From Cystobasidiomycetes sp. EMM_F5 (taxonomy: Eukaryota): 64,000 nucleotides of DNA. Made by a program: the position numbers and the translations under genes. The stretch is taken from positions 62,001 through 126,000 of the forward strand of contig JBPGPT010000002.1 of NCBI GenBank assembly GCA_051047955.1. The letters run 5' to 3'. This document shows, piece by piece, positions 1 to 12,479 of this stretch; the first letter of the stretch is position 1, and each line of letters starts with the position of its first letter. The notes under the pieces were generated by a model. The model had not been told where the DNA came from and made no database searches. It saw nothing but the letters and a program-made list of their open reading frames with translations.

Positions 1-24
1 ACCCAGCTGAATGTACTTCCGCAG

Positions 25-944
25 CGGATCCGGCAAGTCAACCCTTGCGCAGCAATGGGAAGCTATCTATCCAGATGCATACGTCCGCGTGAACCAAGAT
101 AGTCTTGGGAATCGATTGAAGTGTGAGGCCCTTGTTCGCGAATCCCTTCTCGATGCAGGTCTCGCTTTCTATAAACCGTCTGCGTCGCAGGCTGACATTC
201 TCATACAAATAGGGCAAATCAGCTATTATTGACCGGCAAAATTTCGACGCTTCTCAACGGTATACGTGGCTAGAGCTTGGCTACGCTTATCACGTCGAAG
301 TCGTAGCCCTGGTGTTCCAAACCAGCGAGCATAATTGCGCAGAGCGGCTAAAGCGTCGGATAAATCATGAGACTGTCAAGACGCCTCAACAAGGCTTGCA
401 GATCCTTGGGCAAATGCTACACTCATGGGTGGCCCCGGTCGCAGTAGAGGTTCGGCTCCACCTCTTTAAGTGAAGGTGCTGTATGCTCTAACGCCATTGC
501 ATGAATCTGTAGGGCTTTCACCGCATGCTGGCCTTGCCGCCTGACTTGCCTTTGCGATACTCCTTGGACGACGTCAACGCGCTCTTGACACTGGTGGAGC
601 AGAAAGCGACGCTCAACGACAACGCTGCCCTTCCTCCATCACCGCCTCGCAGCGCTTTCAACCCGCATGGCAGAGGAACATACAGGCAGCCGCGGGGGAG
701 CTCCGGCAGAGGGTCCAGTCGAGTCTTGCAGTCTTGGCTTGGGCGTTCTGCGACAGTTCAGGCTTCGCCTCAAGGGTATACAGCAGCAGCAAGTCGAGGG
801 CCTATTTGTGGCTCGTCACCCGAAAGGGCTCAGCCATATCGCGTCCCGAACAGGCGGTCGCCCGCTACTGCAACCTCAGGAAAATTGGATGGCTCGGAAG
901 ACATTGCCGCTCCTGACTCGATTGAGTACATCGTCATACAATGA
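25..944 (+). CDS. P-loop kinase-like protein (AAA_33 / polynucleotide-kinase-like domain) with Arg/Gly/Ser-rich tail; 5' end lies outside the window
   Basis: After the acceptor ttccgcag at 24 the frame reads GSGKST (Walker A), RVNQDSLGNRLKC, then spliced IIDRQNFDASQR and CAERLKRRINHET, typical of AAA_33 proteins. Last exon ends at TGA 942-944. Confidence 0.75.
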
Positions 945-1051
945 AATACCGACATTCATCAAAGTCAATACTGTAGCATACCGGAGACGAAAATATCATT
1001 ATCGTGCTTCGCTATTACAAGCCAAAAAAATTCCGCGAGTTTGATATCGGG

Positions 1052-2581
1052 CTAACCACGCCGGCTAGTCTGAGAAGAATGCCGTCGCTGCTTGTCGCAG
1101 AGCGGGAAGCGGTTGGCTTGGGGTGATAAATGTACAATCTGTGCCAATGCAGACTCTAGAAAAGCCTCTGTCTTCCTACTATGAGCCTGTTCCGTGTCAA
1201 GAGCCATCTCCGCTTGGTTTGCGCGATGTTCGGCATCTTTGAGCGCGATGTGGATCTGATGTGAATCATCTTGCGGGTCGTCGGAGCTGTCATGTTGTGC
1301 CTTAGTAAGAACAATATGCCCCCTGCGGGAAGCATCTTTGTCGTAGTCGTGTGTCTTCAGCGTATCGTCATCGACTCCGCCATCTTGCTGCAAAGCAGCG
1401 TGATGGTCAATGGGCGATGCCGCGTGTATAGAGTTTCGCTCATTCATTAACTGTCTTAAGTTCTCCGATACTCGCCCTATCTCGACATCTAGTGTCTTTA
1501 CAACCTGAAGCACAATACGTTAGTCGGAGTCATCTAGATTGCCGAATATACTGACTTCCTGCTCAAATGGCTGGAGCGGTCTGGGCAACTCGCGATGTCG
1601 CACTTCCAGGGAGTGCGTTGGTGCTTCCTTCAGACGCCTTCGCAGCGACAGGCCCGGAACGCCTAGGAACTGGTCCAACTGCTCATATAAGAGCTCCAGC
1701 TCGCCATCTCGCAATCGAATTTGAGCTTGATGTCTCTCTGCCTGATCCGATAACTTAGTCTGCAGAGATGTGAAAGGTCAGGCAGGAGCTTACTACTCGC
1801 TCGTATTCTCGACTGGCTGCCGTCTCGCGAGCCCGAGTTGCCTGAACCTCTTGTACAAGCTCCAGAACAACTGTCTGGGTACGTGTAATGTCCCTATTGG
1901 GGACTGACCTGGAATTAGATCCTGTGGCCTTACCTGTTGAGCGTAGCGCTTGTCATCAATACAGTCTCCGCTTTGAGGGCGTGAGCACATATTGACTTAC
2001 CATTAAGAGGGCGCCGTGCCGTCACTTTAGCCCGATTGCCGTGACTATTGAGTGTCGCCGCTGCTGTAAACCGCGATCAGATGGCCACGATTTTACAAGC
2101 GGTAGGGCGCTGTATACAATCAGATGTGCTTGCGGCTACACATTCTTGCAATACCGCATTCTCCGCTTGAGCATCCCCTAGTCGACGAGCCAGATTTGTG
2201 GACAGCAGATGCAATGCAGTGTTCTCGACGTCTATCTCCGCATTTTGCTTGCTGTTTAGACAGTCGTCGAGAGCATCTAAACACAGGATCAAACGCTCGT
2301 TGATCGTCTTGTTTTGTTCAGCCAAGGTACGAATCGACCGTTGCATATGCGCAATCTGCGATTGCAGCGTCAAGGACCTCCTGCGCCGCGTATCACACAA
2401 CTGTACCCACCTTGTCCGCGCACGTCTGTTGTTCCACATTATATGCTGCCGTTGTTGCGTCTAGCCGACCAAATAGCGCTGATATCGTTTCCAAAACAGA
2501 AGGTGGGGCATCGTGTAGATCATCCAGAGCAATGGCATGGATGTGCTTGAGACGAGCATGTATGCTCTCGACAGCATTCAT
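1052..2581 (-). CDS. Multi-exon coiled-coil hypothetical protein
   Basis: ORF pieces 2393-2581, 2077-2439, ~1797-1935, 1520-1759 and 1052-1513 join via GT-AG introns, including a 37-nt intron at 1760-1796. The product is heptad-rich (IAHMQRSIRTLAEQNKTINERL; LKDAEHRANQAEMAL). No family recognised. Confidence 0.55.
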
Positions 2582-2741
2582 ATAGCATACGGTAAGAAGT
2601 GCCTTGACATGGTTGAAACAACATAAAGTGCGACAAAGCGATGGAAGGGACAGGACCGAAGAATATACTACCAACCAGAATGAACTGACTCTACTCCTAA
2701 TGAATGCTGATGACTGCATGCTGATGACTTCCAAAGCATCA

Positions 2742-5700
2742 CTAAAGCGCTTGCTGCCAGCCTGGGAAGATGAGTGCAAGATTTACAATGTCTGTGGCTT
2801 GCAATATCAGGCTTGAAGAAGTTCAGCCGCGGTCGTGCAGACAAATGCGCTCCAAGCCAACTCACTCATTCACCTGATACTCCACGCTCAACTCAGTGTT
2901 TAGTTTTTGAGCTACAGTGGCTATAGCTCGGTCGGCGTCTGTCAGTAGATTACTACTCTGTTCCCCTTCATGCGACCTTGCATGATCTATGGCTTGGGAG
3001 CCCTGCAATCTTCGGACCTTAGATGAGGAAGCGGTCCTATAGCCATAACATCAGTAATGATAGATTGCCATCTCATCGGGCGTTCCCACCATTTCTGTAA
3101 AGGGTCAAACTTGAAGACTTCCAGGATTGTCATCAGAACCGATGCTTGGCCTCTGAGTACTCGCATAGTCTCCTCAGAGCACTTTCTGAAGACTCCTTCC
3201 ACTCCCGATATTCCAAAACCATCAACTATATCTCTCGTCAGGCGAAATGGGACGAGCTCCGGAGTAGGCAGTGAACGACCCTAACAGAGACCAATAAGAT
3301 AAGCCTCCGTGATGTGTGGATGATACTCACAGCTTCGAAAGCTATTCCTAGATCGATAGGTACCAATTCGCCCAACAGTGTGTCGATCATGATATTGGAA
3401 ACGTGCCGATCCCCCAAGCCCAGCACGAAGCCAACCATTGACATGACCGCCGTGCTCCGAGAATACATCAGGCGCATTTCAAACCATTTAGAAGGCAGGT
3501 AGTGCTTCTCGGTGAAGAAATGTCGCATCACAGGTTTGACTTTGGTGATCACGTCTTGATAGGCAGCAATGCGCTCCGCCTTGTCCGCGTTACCGAATTC
3601 CCCTAGCTTGCGGCGAGCGTCGAGAACCTTCATGTCATTCGGGTTGTATCTGAAAATGGAGTAGCGTTTCAGAAACACCGCAAACAGCCCAGTATTGCTC
3701 ACCGTTCATGCGCTTTAGTAAGCCAATCGCCGATAGGTTGACTATTGCGTACGAATTCGAGCAAGCCGACATCATTCGTCAACGGCAGTACCTTGTATGT
3801 ACGGACGGAAAGAGTGCGCGATCTAGTCCGATCATCGCTTGCCAAAAGATCGTTTGCAACAGCGAAGACTTGTTCCATGACAGCGTCTTGCCGAACGTCG
3901 TCACCACCCTTGTACTACACAGCGGTTCTCAAGCTACGTTCGGACTCTTGTAGATCGCGGACTTACCAGCTGTCGGTACACTTTACCGTCGGTACCAATG
4001 CAATCGGTGATTTTTGGGAGGTGAATACCTCCGGCCGTTGTGAACGATGGGGAGAAGCGTTGTATGCAGGGCATTGTTGACGGCAAATATTGCTCGGTAT
4101 AATCGATCGGGAGCATGACTGTGCTGACTGGCACAGGCAGATTAACCAGTTTGAGGATACGGTGATCCGAGGGAATCGATAATTTACGACTGCCCTTTGG
4201 TTTCTCTAGCGGGTGAAGCGCCCACTCGATGTACGCAGATATAGCCGAATCTACGTTGAGTAAAATTTGTTTGGTGCGATTCTGCTGGCGAAGGGTGTTT
4301 AAGATATCTACTGCTGCATCCGATCTTCGCACTTGCGAAGATTCGGCAGGCGTATGGGAAGACCTTCGTCCATTGGACGTTTTTCCTGCAGTTCGTGTAT
4401 GCTGACACAGGAAATATATTTGATATAGGCTGTGAAAGGGGTGTTGACTACACACTTTAGTAATGAGCTTATGTAGAAGCTTCTGAAACGCAGAAGCCTG
4501 ATTGCCAGAGGTAGAGAGTCGCGCAGAAAGTTGATGGAACAATGATATGAATTTGTGCGAAGGGATCGCATGTATAGCTGAAGCAAGCTTGCTATTGAGA
4601 GCGTCGTCTGCTGCGTTTTCGAACCATAGCCCCACCATTCGAAAGACGGAGCTGTTTGATGAATCGGAGCAGGTGAGCCCTTGACACAATAGATCCAGGG
4701 CGGTTTCGAGGAAGGTGCGCCGAACAATATGGAACTCTGATACAGTCTGACGATCTTGCTCTGACTGGATCTTAGCAGTTCGTCGACGGGACCCGACATC
4801 GGAACCGACGGTGTCTTTAGTTGGCTTCATATTGGTCAGATCCTTGACTTCAGCTTCCTTACGGCGCGAAAAGGCTTCCAGGCGTTGCATCTCGGGCAAC
4901 TGTTTTGTGCATTGCTGGTATTGCTGGTCTGCGAATGTCGCGAATTGCCGAAGTATGGCTGCCTTCGTTTGTACGTGGTTCACATCGTTAACCTGATTTA
5001 TCGCTGCAAGAGCTGGCTGAAAATAGTGCTCCAGTGTCTTCGCAGGGTTCTCCAAGCGCGCCACTGATACCCACTCTCCCTGAAATTGCATTCAGTCAGC
5101 ACGATGACTAACAACAATCAAAAAGACAATACCATCTGTGCATGCATGGCGGCACGCATCGCTGGTTCAATGGCCGGGGTCGCCGTCGATGAACGAGCAA
5201 TAAGCCTTTTTAGTGCGCTCAAAGCGGGTCCGTGCTCCCCTTTGTCCCACAAGACACGAGAAAATTCAAATTCAATGGATGGGTCTTCGACTTGCCCTGC
5301 GGAGTGCCGTGCAGATACGATAGCGTTCAGAGCCGTTTGATATTTGCACGATGATCGAGCTCGCTGAGCTAGATTGACGAGCAGAGTCTGCGAAGCATCC
5401 TTAAGGGAAGTATACGATGCTGACTCGACATCTCCCATCTGCATGCGTTCCTCGACACGGCATCTCTCGCGCAGAAGTGTGAGGCGAACATACGCTAAGC
5501 GTTCGAATGTTGACCATCTGAATAAGAGCGTTATTAGATGAGTGAATACCGAACAAAGCAACAACTCACGCGAAGTTGGCATACCCGGAGCTCCCGATAG
5601 GCATATGGCCGAGCGACTCCGTCATGCTGTGCTCCACGATTCTGATGCACATCAACGCATCGATGTTGGCTGGTTCAGGAGTCGGATTGGCAGCATCGAC

Positions 5701-8700
5701 CTGCATCAGCTTAAAGGCCTCGCCTTGCAGTAGACGGCTGATTTTGGGAAAAGCGGCCTTCTTGTCCACATCGACATGGTTAATTCGCATTGTACGAAAT
5801 AGTCTGGCTTCAGATGAATTCTGACCGGACGTGTACGTCAGCGGCACGTCCCAAGTCTCAGCCCGCCAAGCGAGCTCAAAGCGTGCTCGAGACAAAGTGG
5901 AATCGATGCTTTGCGACTCGACGACTGGACCATGGGCAGATAGCAGAGCGGAAGTATGTGGCATGTCGCTAAGAAATAGCGCGCTCGCAACTCCATCTGC
6001 GCTCGAGCGTCTGCTCTTTGATATTTCGAGCTGTGCGCTATGCCAACTGAGGGCATCAAGCCAGCGACCTTCATGCTGGATTTGCCGAATAACTCCTTCG
6101 TTTGGATCGGCTGCAGATATACTATAGAAGCCGTCGGGTTCGCCTATATTGCCATACACATCGTAGAGCAAGCGCCGGTACGTATCTTCGGCCTGATTGG
6201 ACAGCAACGCTGTTCTCGGTGTCGGCGCCGCAGTCTCTTTGTATTCTCGCGCCAGCTCCATGAACATCAGGGCGCTAGCGTAGCGTGAACAGCTAGCAGC
6301 TGCCTGAGCGCAGAGCAGCCAGCTGATGTCCAACCAACGGTCGCGGCTGGATACATCATGCTCGTCCACAAAGACCGGTCGGAACCGGCGCAAGTATATG
6401 ACGAGGTCTAAGACATCCGGGGAGCAAGGTGACTCCAACCGAATTAGCTGGACAAAATATGTTGAGAGAACGTGTCGCGCCTCGGTTCTTCTATCTGGAT
6501 TGACTTGAGTAAGAGAAGCGTGTATGAGTTGAGGGATGATCGTTTTAGCGAAGCCGTCCACGCCATGTATAAGGGGAAGTAGTGGCCCGAAGAAATCGTC
6601 ACTTTGGGCTAAATAGCTGCAAATCAGTGCACCAAAATCTTTGTGCCAGGTATGTTGCTGTGTCCCTTTCACTAGCCAAACATCAGCCCCATTGAGTTCT
6701 GCGATGTTTACGGCTACTGGCGGAGGGTAAACCCCAGCTCGCTGTAACTGTTTGGCAGCGATCAAAGTAATAGATTGAGGCATGATGAGAGACGTGTCGC
6801 TTCCTGTCTGAGAGAATATCGCTCGCAACGTGTCGAAGGCCAGAGTCACAACTGGACCACCATTAAGCAGCGCAAGTTTAGATACAGCCTTCACTATTGT
6901 GTTTCGCACGTCCGCGTAGGTACAAGCGTGTACTTCCTGCGAGGTTTGATATTCGTCAAGTCGTGCTGGTTGTATGTTACCTCCTGCGCAGAGTAGCAAA
7001 TCCCCCAATGCGCCAGCTGACTCGCTGTCTAAGCGCATCACTGTCCTATCTGATTTGTCCAGCATCTGCCACAATAACTTGGGCAGGTTATCTTTGACAA
7101 CGGCCATCTTGTGATCTGTTTCGACAGCCACCAGTTCACGCAGCACCTTCGCGACCTGCAGATTTGGGATCGTCACTGAATCATTTATAGCGCGAATCAC
7201 ATCACGCGCTTTCAGTGATGCATGTGCCATAATCCGCCTCGGCCAAAAACATAACGCTCTTCGACAGGCTTTGGCTAACTCTGCATTCTTGCTGACGGCC
7301 GCTTGATTAACCTGAGCTTCCAGGGCCAATAAGAGACGATTTGCTTCCTCGACACTGACGCCATCGATTGCTGCGTAATGTTCATGTAGAGAGGTGCCGG
7401 CTTCCACTAAAACTTGACCAAGATCTTCTGGCACTGTGTCCTCTGATAATTGGGTAGGCAGAAGGAGTTGCGACATACTCCACAGAAAGAGGCGCCCCGA
7501 GATCGAGTACAGATGGCGGTATCTGAGCAAGGGTATGCACCGCTGCATAGTGAGGAGAAAAACAGAACGATATCTCGTTGTAAGATCTGTGGCGCAAGCT
7601 ATGCAAATTACAGCATTGTGCAGTAGACGAAGCTGTTCCGATGTAAATGGATGGCTGACGGCGCTTGACAAGAGTCGGTGCATTACGCTGTAGAGAACGG
7701 CTTCGTTGCGGAGGGCTCCTTTGACAGCAGTGTGATTTCCATACAGACAGGACAGCCCTTCTCGCAAACGTACCGACGGGGGCGCCAAGCGATTACTCTT
7801 GAATGTTGTGGAAATGTCGCCGAGAATGGCGGTGAGAATACGGCGGGAGTCCGGGAAGTCAGCGACCTGTTCTACAAGAATTGGCAAGCTGTAGTCCGGC
7901 TCTTGTATGCATGCGAAGATCCGGTACGCGACGAGATCCTGCACACTGCGAAACAGATGTCCCAAGGTCGTTCCTTCGTCTTTACATACCGGCTGCAGTC
8001 GGTCGTTTATGCGTACGTCGGTTTGTTCTTGGTCTCCTCTTGTGCCACCTCGCAAGACGAGTTCCACCGCGATGTAAGAGTGAAGACACAACTTCAAGCC
8101 GATCAGTGGTGTGATTCCTGCATAAGCGCACATTTGATCGTAGTACTCCGGACGCGGGCCAGCCAAAACCATAGCGGCCAAGTCGACGAAACCAGCCTCA
8201 TACAATTCGCGCTTGCTACCGAAGCCAAATGCAGTAGGGTCCAAGATGGTCAGCGCTTCTTTCTTACTGAGTAGCTGCTCGGCCATCGTAAACGGTGCTA
8301 AATATGTGTATAGCATCGACGGTTCTTGTAGTTTCAGTCGTTTTGAGGTTGCGGCCAGTAAGGAGCGAACGTATATATTTGTAGTTTTGGATGCATCCAG
8401 GGCAGCGAAGATAATTATTGGATGATAAGCCAAAGGCCGATAATATTCACTGGCAATCATCACATTGGCATACGTAAGTAGCAAAGTGATGTTGGTCTCG
8501 AATCCAGCGCCTGTCAAATCGAACGTCCCGGCCGCCGCAATGTTTTCCCATGTTCCCGACCTTTCAGATGCCCTAGGTGAATGCTGTCGATGTGAGCATA
8601 CTCGACCGATCGCTCTTGCTGTTCGAAAACGGACTTCGAAGCTAGCATCCGAGATGATGTCGATGAGTAAAGCCGGAGGCTGTAAGGGTATACCCTCTTG

Positions 8701-11700
8701 ACATCCTGCTTCTTCCGATTCGTGGCCCCATGCGTTTACTGACAAGTCGCTTAGCAAGAAGGCGTCTAGCAATTCCACATAACGCAGTCGAAGCCGGACC
8801 GACTTCAGACTTTTCATCTTGAACTGTGAAGTATAAAATCCGCTAATCCGTCGGGCATTGTCTGCGAACGCAGGTTCAAGCAAGTCATCTTTGCCCCATT
8901 GATGTATGGTGGCCATCAGGAATTGCATTACAAAATCGTGCATTCTCTCGCACGAAGCGTACTCGTACGACGGTAGGAGCTCAGAGCCAATTCTTTCCAA
9001 AATCGCGTCCAGTTCACTCGTTGCCAGCTGCAATTGACCGCGCATGCTGGCCTGTAATATGTGAGATCCGACGAGCGCCATATGCATTCCGGTACCATCT
9101 ATGAGATCCTTTACAACGTCTTTCAGGCGAGACGGGTGAGGCGGATCAGCAGCGTAGTATTCAGCAGTCGCAAGGACTGAAATGCTGATTTTGAAGCTGT
9201 GTGCGGCGGCTAAAGCATTGTCCAAAGCGAGCAAAGCTCTGCCAGTCATCTGGAGGGATGTAGTGGTGCGAATGACTCCAAATTCGTCATCTTGTTGCGC
9301 TAAGACTGGATGTGACGTATCGATATCATATGCCAAGATCTGGCGAAAGGTAGTCGCGCACGCCGACATGGCCTCCCGGAAATTGGCGCAGGTCCACACC
9401 CGCTGGAGTAGTTGCGCGCTATTATGCCGGTCTGAGAAACCTTTCTGTTGGGAAGCGGCTGAGATTTCGAACGTCATTCATTCTGGCCTAATCGCGCATC
9501 TGGCGAGGGCAGGGTCACTTACAAGTAGCCGATAGAACGATACCAGACGTTTCGAGTGCATTTAAAAGGGGTCCGGATGCGGCCGAAGCAGTGCTCTTGT
9601 TCATCGTGACCGGGTCGAAGGCGCTCAGTAAATAGGCGCGCTCCCACGTTGACCACTTTTGGGAATTGCAGAATGAGGTAACTTGTCTCAACAGTGAAGC
9701 CGGCACGATGACATTCCTGTCTACTCGTACGCAAGCGTTCATATCTGCTGCAGCATCAAAGAGTGCTGCTGTTATGGCAACATCCATGGTGCGACGTAAG
9801 CGGTCGAGAGATACAGTCGACCAAAAGGCTTCGGTAGGGCTCTCCTCGTCTTCGGCAAGCCTAGCGAGGCTATTGCTTAAGAATGCGGTAATTTTGACGG
9901 CCATAGCATGTGATGGAGGAAGAGTCGGCTTTTCGCCTGCTTCTGTGCGATGATCATTATCCGAATTAGCTTCCACGTGCCCTAGGAAGTACCACTGCGA
10001 CATGACTGATTGTTCCGACTGTCTGATGGCATTCGACACAATTGGGCTATCCGCAAAAATGGACACATTTACGGCGTCAACGATGGACAAAGGGGCAAAG
10101 GTCGCAAGCTCCGCCAAAAGGCCTAGGAATGCGACTACATCAAATGGCGGACTAGCGGCACGGGTGGGGAACGGTGTGAGAGCGTTGGTGCCTGCCAGAG
10201 ACAGTTGCCAGTAGTTGCTCAATCTGTTGAAAATCTTGTCGCCGACGTTGAGCTTATTCAGGCGTGAGTCCGACACCGAGAGTGTAAGAAGTTTGCGTAG
10301 CAAGGAGCACGAGGTATCGCACGGATATGGCGGACCTTGTATGTCTATGTCATTGATGGTTCTCTCTATGTCCGGCAACCACTTGACATGCGGAATGTAC
10401 TCGGTTTCCATTAGTGTCGTCACCAATAATGCGGCGGTACGAGAAACAGTAGGATGAGATAGTCTCCGAATAGAGTGGTTCCAATGCGATTCCCAGTCTA
10501 TCGGTTCCCCCGCAGTGCTCGACTGCCTCGTGAGCGTCGGCTTCAAGCCCGAGATATCTCGATGTTGCCGGTAAGCAAGTGTCGCCACGATCAAGAAGCT
10601 CATTGCCTGTGTTTGCGGAGAACCCCGAGAGTAATGAGGATGCAAGGCGGATAGAATGCCTTGTAACGTTCCTGGATCGGGGTCCTTACTTGTAGTGGAC
10701 ACGAAGAACAGAAGCAACTCGAGAGACAAGGTCAGAGCACGACCATCGGTGGCTTCCAATTCATCGGTAAGACTATCCAAGGCGGTTTCCACCTGCACTT
10801 CGAAATATCAGAGGGGTACTCGCATACTTATGAAGCTTAGTCCAAGACGCCGTACCTTTCGCCGTTTTCCTAAAGCCGAGCTGGTCGGTGTTCGCGCATT
10901 ATCCACATGTACCGCCGTAAAGGCGTTCTGCAGAAAGTCCAAACAACGTGCACCGAGTTCCAAGATTGTCCAGCTTAGTGCTTGAGCTGGAGTGAATGCG
11001 TCACCACTTCTAAGGAGAGGCAAACAAAATGCTTGTGTGCTGTGGACGCCGGTTCGTTGTCGTCCCAGTCGCAAGCAGTTGAAGTCCAGCTCTTCCGCTC
11101 CCCACCTGTTAGACGCCTCATTTAGTATTGTATTGTACAACTGTTGCACTTGCTGTCGCCTCGATGGCCCATCCGAATACAGGAGAAAGGGTAGAAACAG
11201 TGAGGAGGTGATGACAACTTGCTCTTTTAGATGGGGGTTCTTGGTGCCCCATATGGAGAGGATTGAAGGCCACAAACCGACACCTGCTTTACCCAAGACT
11301 GCTTTAGCGTCAAAGAAGATCTGTTGCACGAGTCTATTGAGGGCGCTAGTTGCAGGCAAGTGAGCGCTCGTCTCTACAGGAAAAGCTCGAAAGAATCGCA
11401 AAAACTTGGCGAGCAGCGCTTCTGAAAATTGACGATATGGGGCGCTAGTACTCTTGAACAGAATGTCGATGCACGCCATAAGCTCTATCACGTCCTGTCC
11501 AGCAGCCCGGAACTGGCTTGACGGCGTGAATGTGGAAGTGCCATCGCCATTCGCTTGTATCCGAAGCGGACCAGCTGCCTTTCGCTTCCTGCTGTTGGTC
11601 GCCTGCGATGATGTCGAAGCGGTATTGGATGGTTCAGTCTCCTCGTCTGGCATTAGTTGTTCCTCAATTGTGGCTTGAGCTGAACGGACGGGGTCACCGA

Positions 11701-12242
11701 GGGCTGCCGCAAAACACAACGACACCGTCTGTGTCCACTGCTCTTCGTCGAGATGGTCCAGGTGCGGACTATACTCAATCAAAGCCCGAAGAGATTTCAG
11801 GTATTCGAGTGCAACCGGCTCAAAGAGGCTGCCTTTGACAATGATGACGGAGAGGATGTGATTGAGTATTGCCTTTACCGATTTGCGCGGTAAATCAGGA
11901 GCGGCCTGTTCGATAATCGTACGGACCATCTGGGCCGCATCTCTCAACCTCTTCAATGCCGGATTGCTTGTAGCGGAGATCTTCTTGAGATACGCCCGCT
12001 GCTCGTCGACAACAATTTGAAAGATTGCCTGCAGCAGGCGGAGCCATTCCTTTCTTTCAGGCCTCGAGACTGAGAGAAACAGCCGAACATCTTCAAGACC
12101 CTGCGCGCGGTCTTTGAGCTGGTTGAATGAGCGAGCAAGTAGTCAGCTCCGTTGCGTATTCTTTGCAGTTTGCGCAACCATTCAGCCGAACCTTGTCGGA
12201 CTCGAGGAGCTGGATGGCCTCTTTCAGCGACCGTGCAGGCAT
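2742..12242 (-). CDS. TEL1: Serine/threonine PIKK kinase Tel1/ATM
   Basis: N-terminal TAN motif after splicing (MPARSLKEAIQLLESDK|LKDRAQGLEDVR), long HEAT region, FAT region (YASALMFMEL, EPDGFY), kinase motifs AGGIHLPK, GLGDRHVSNI and IDLGIAFE, and a FATC end LILQATDIVNLALIFPGWQQAL* (stop 2742-2744). Confidence 0.95.
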
Positions 12243-12479
12243 GACTGCGGCAGCGTTGCATAGAGATCAACATGGGCTGTAACCTAGCTGTTCATGGATT
12301 GCTAAAGCTTTGGACTGTTGTGGCACTCTGGCAACATGATGACGATAGTTTGGATTTATGTTGATATCAACGCGTTTCAGCAGCGTCGACCGTTTGAAAA
12401 CCAGGCCACTACTGCTGCTTTGCTCGTAGTACTAAACATATCCTGTGCACAGCGCGGTATCTGCTCGATATACGTCCGC

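Noticed and set aside
2742..12242. Many antisense and alternate-frame ORFs over TEL1 and other long genes
   Set aside because: These are expected shadow ORFs of moderately GC-rich coding DNA and show no independent motifs.
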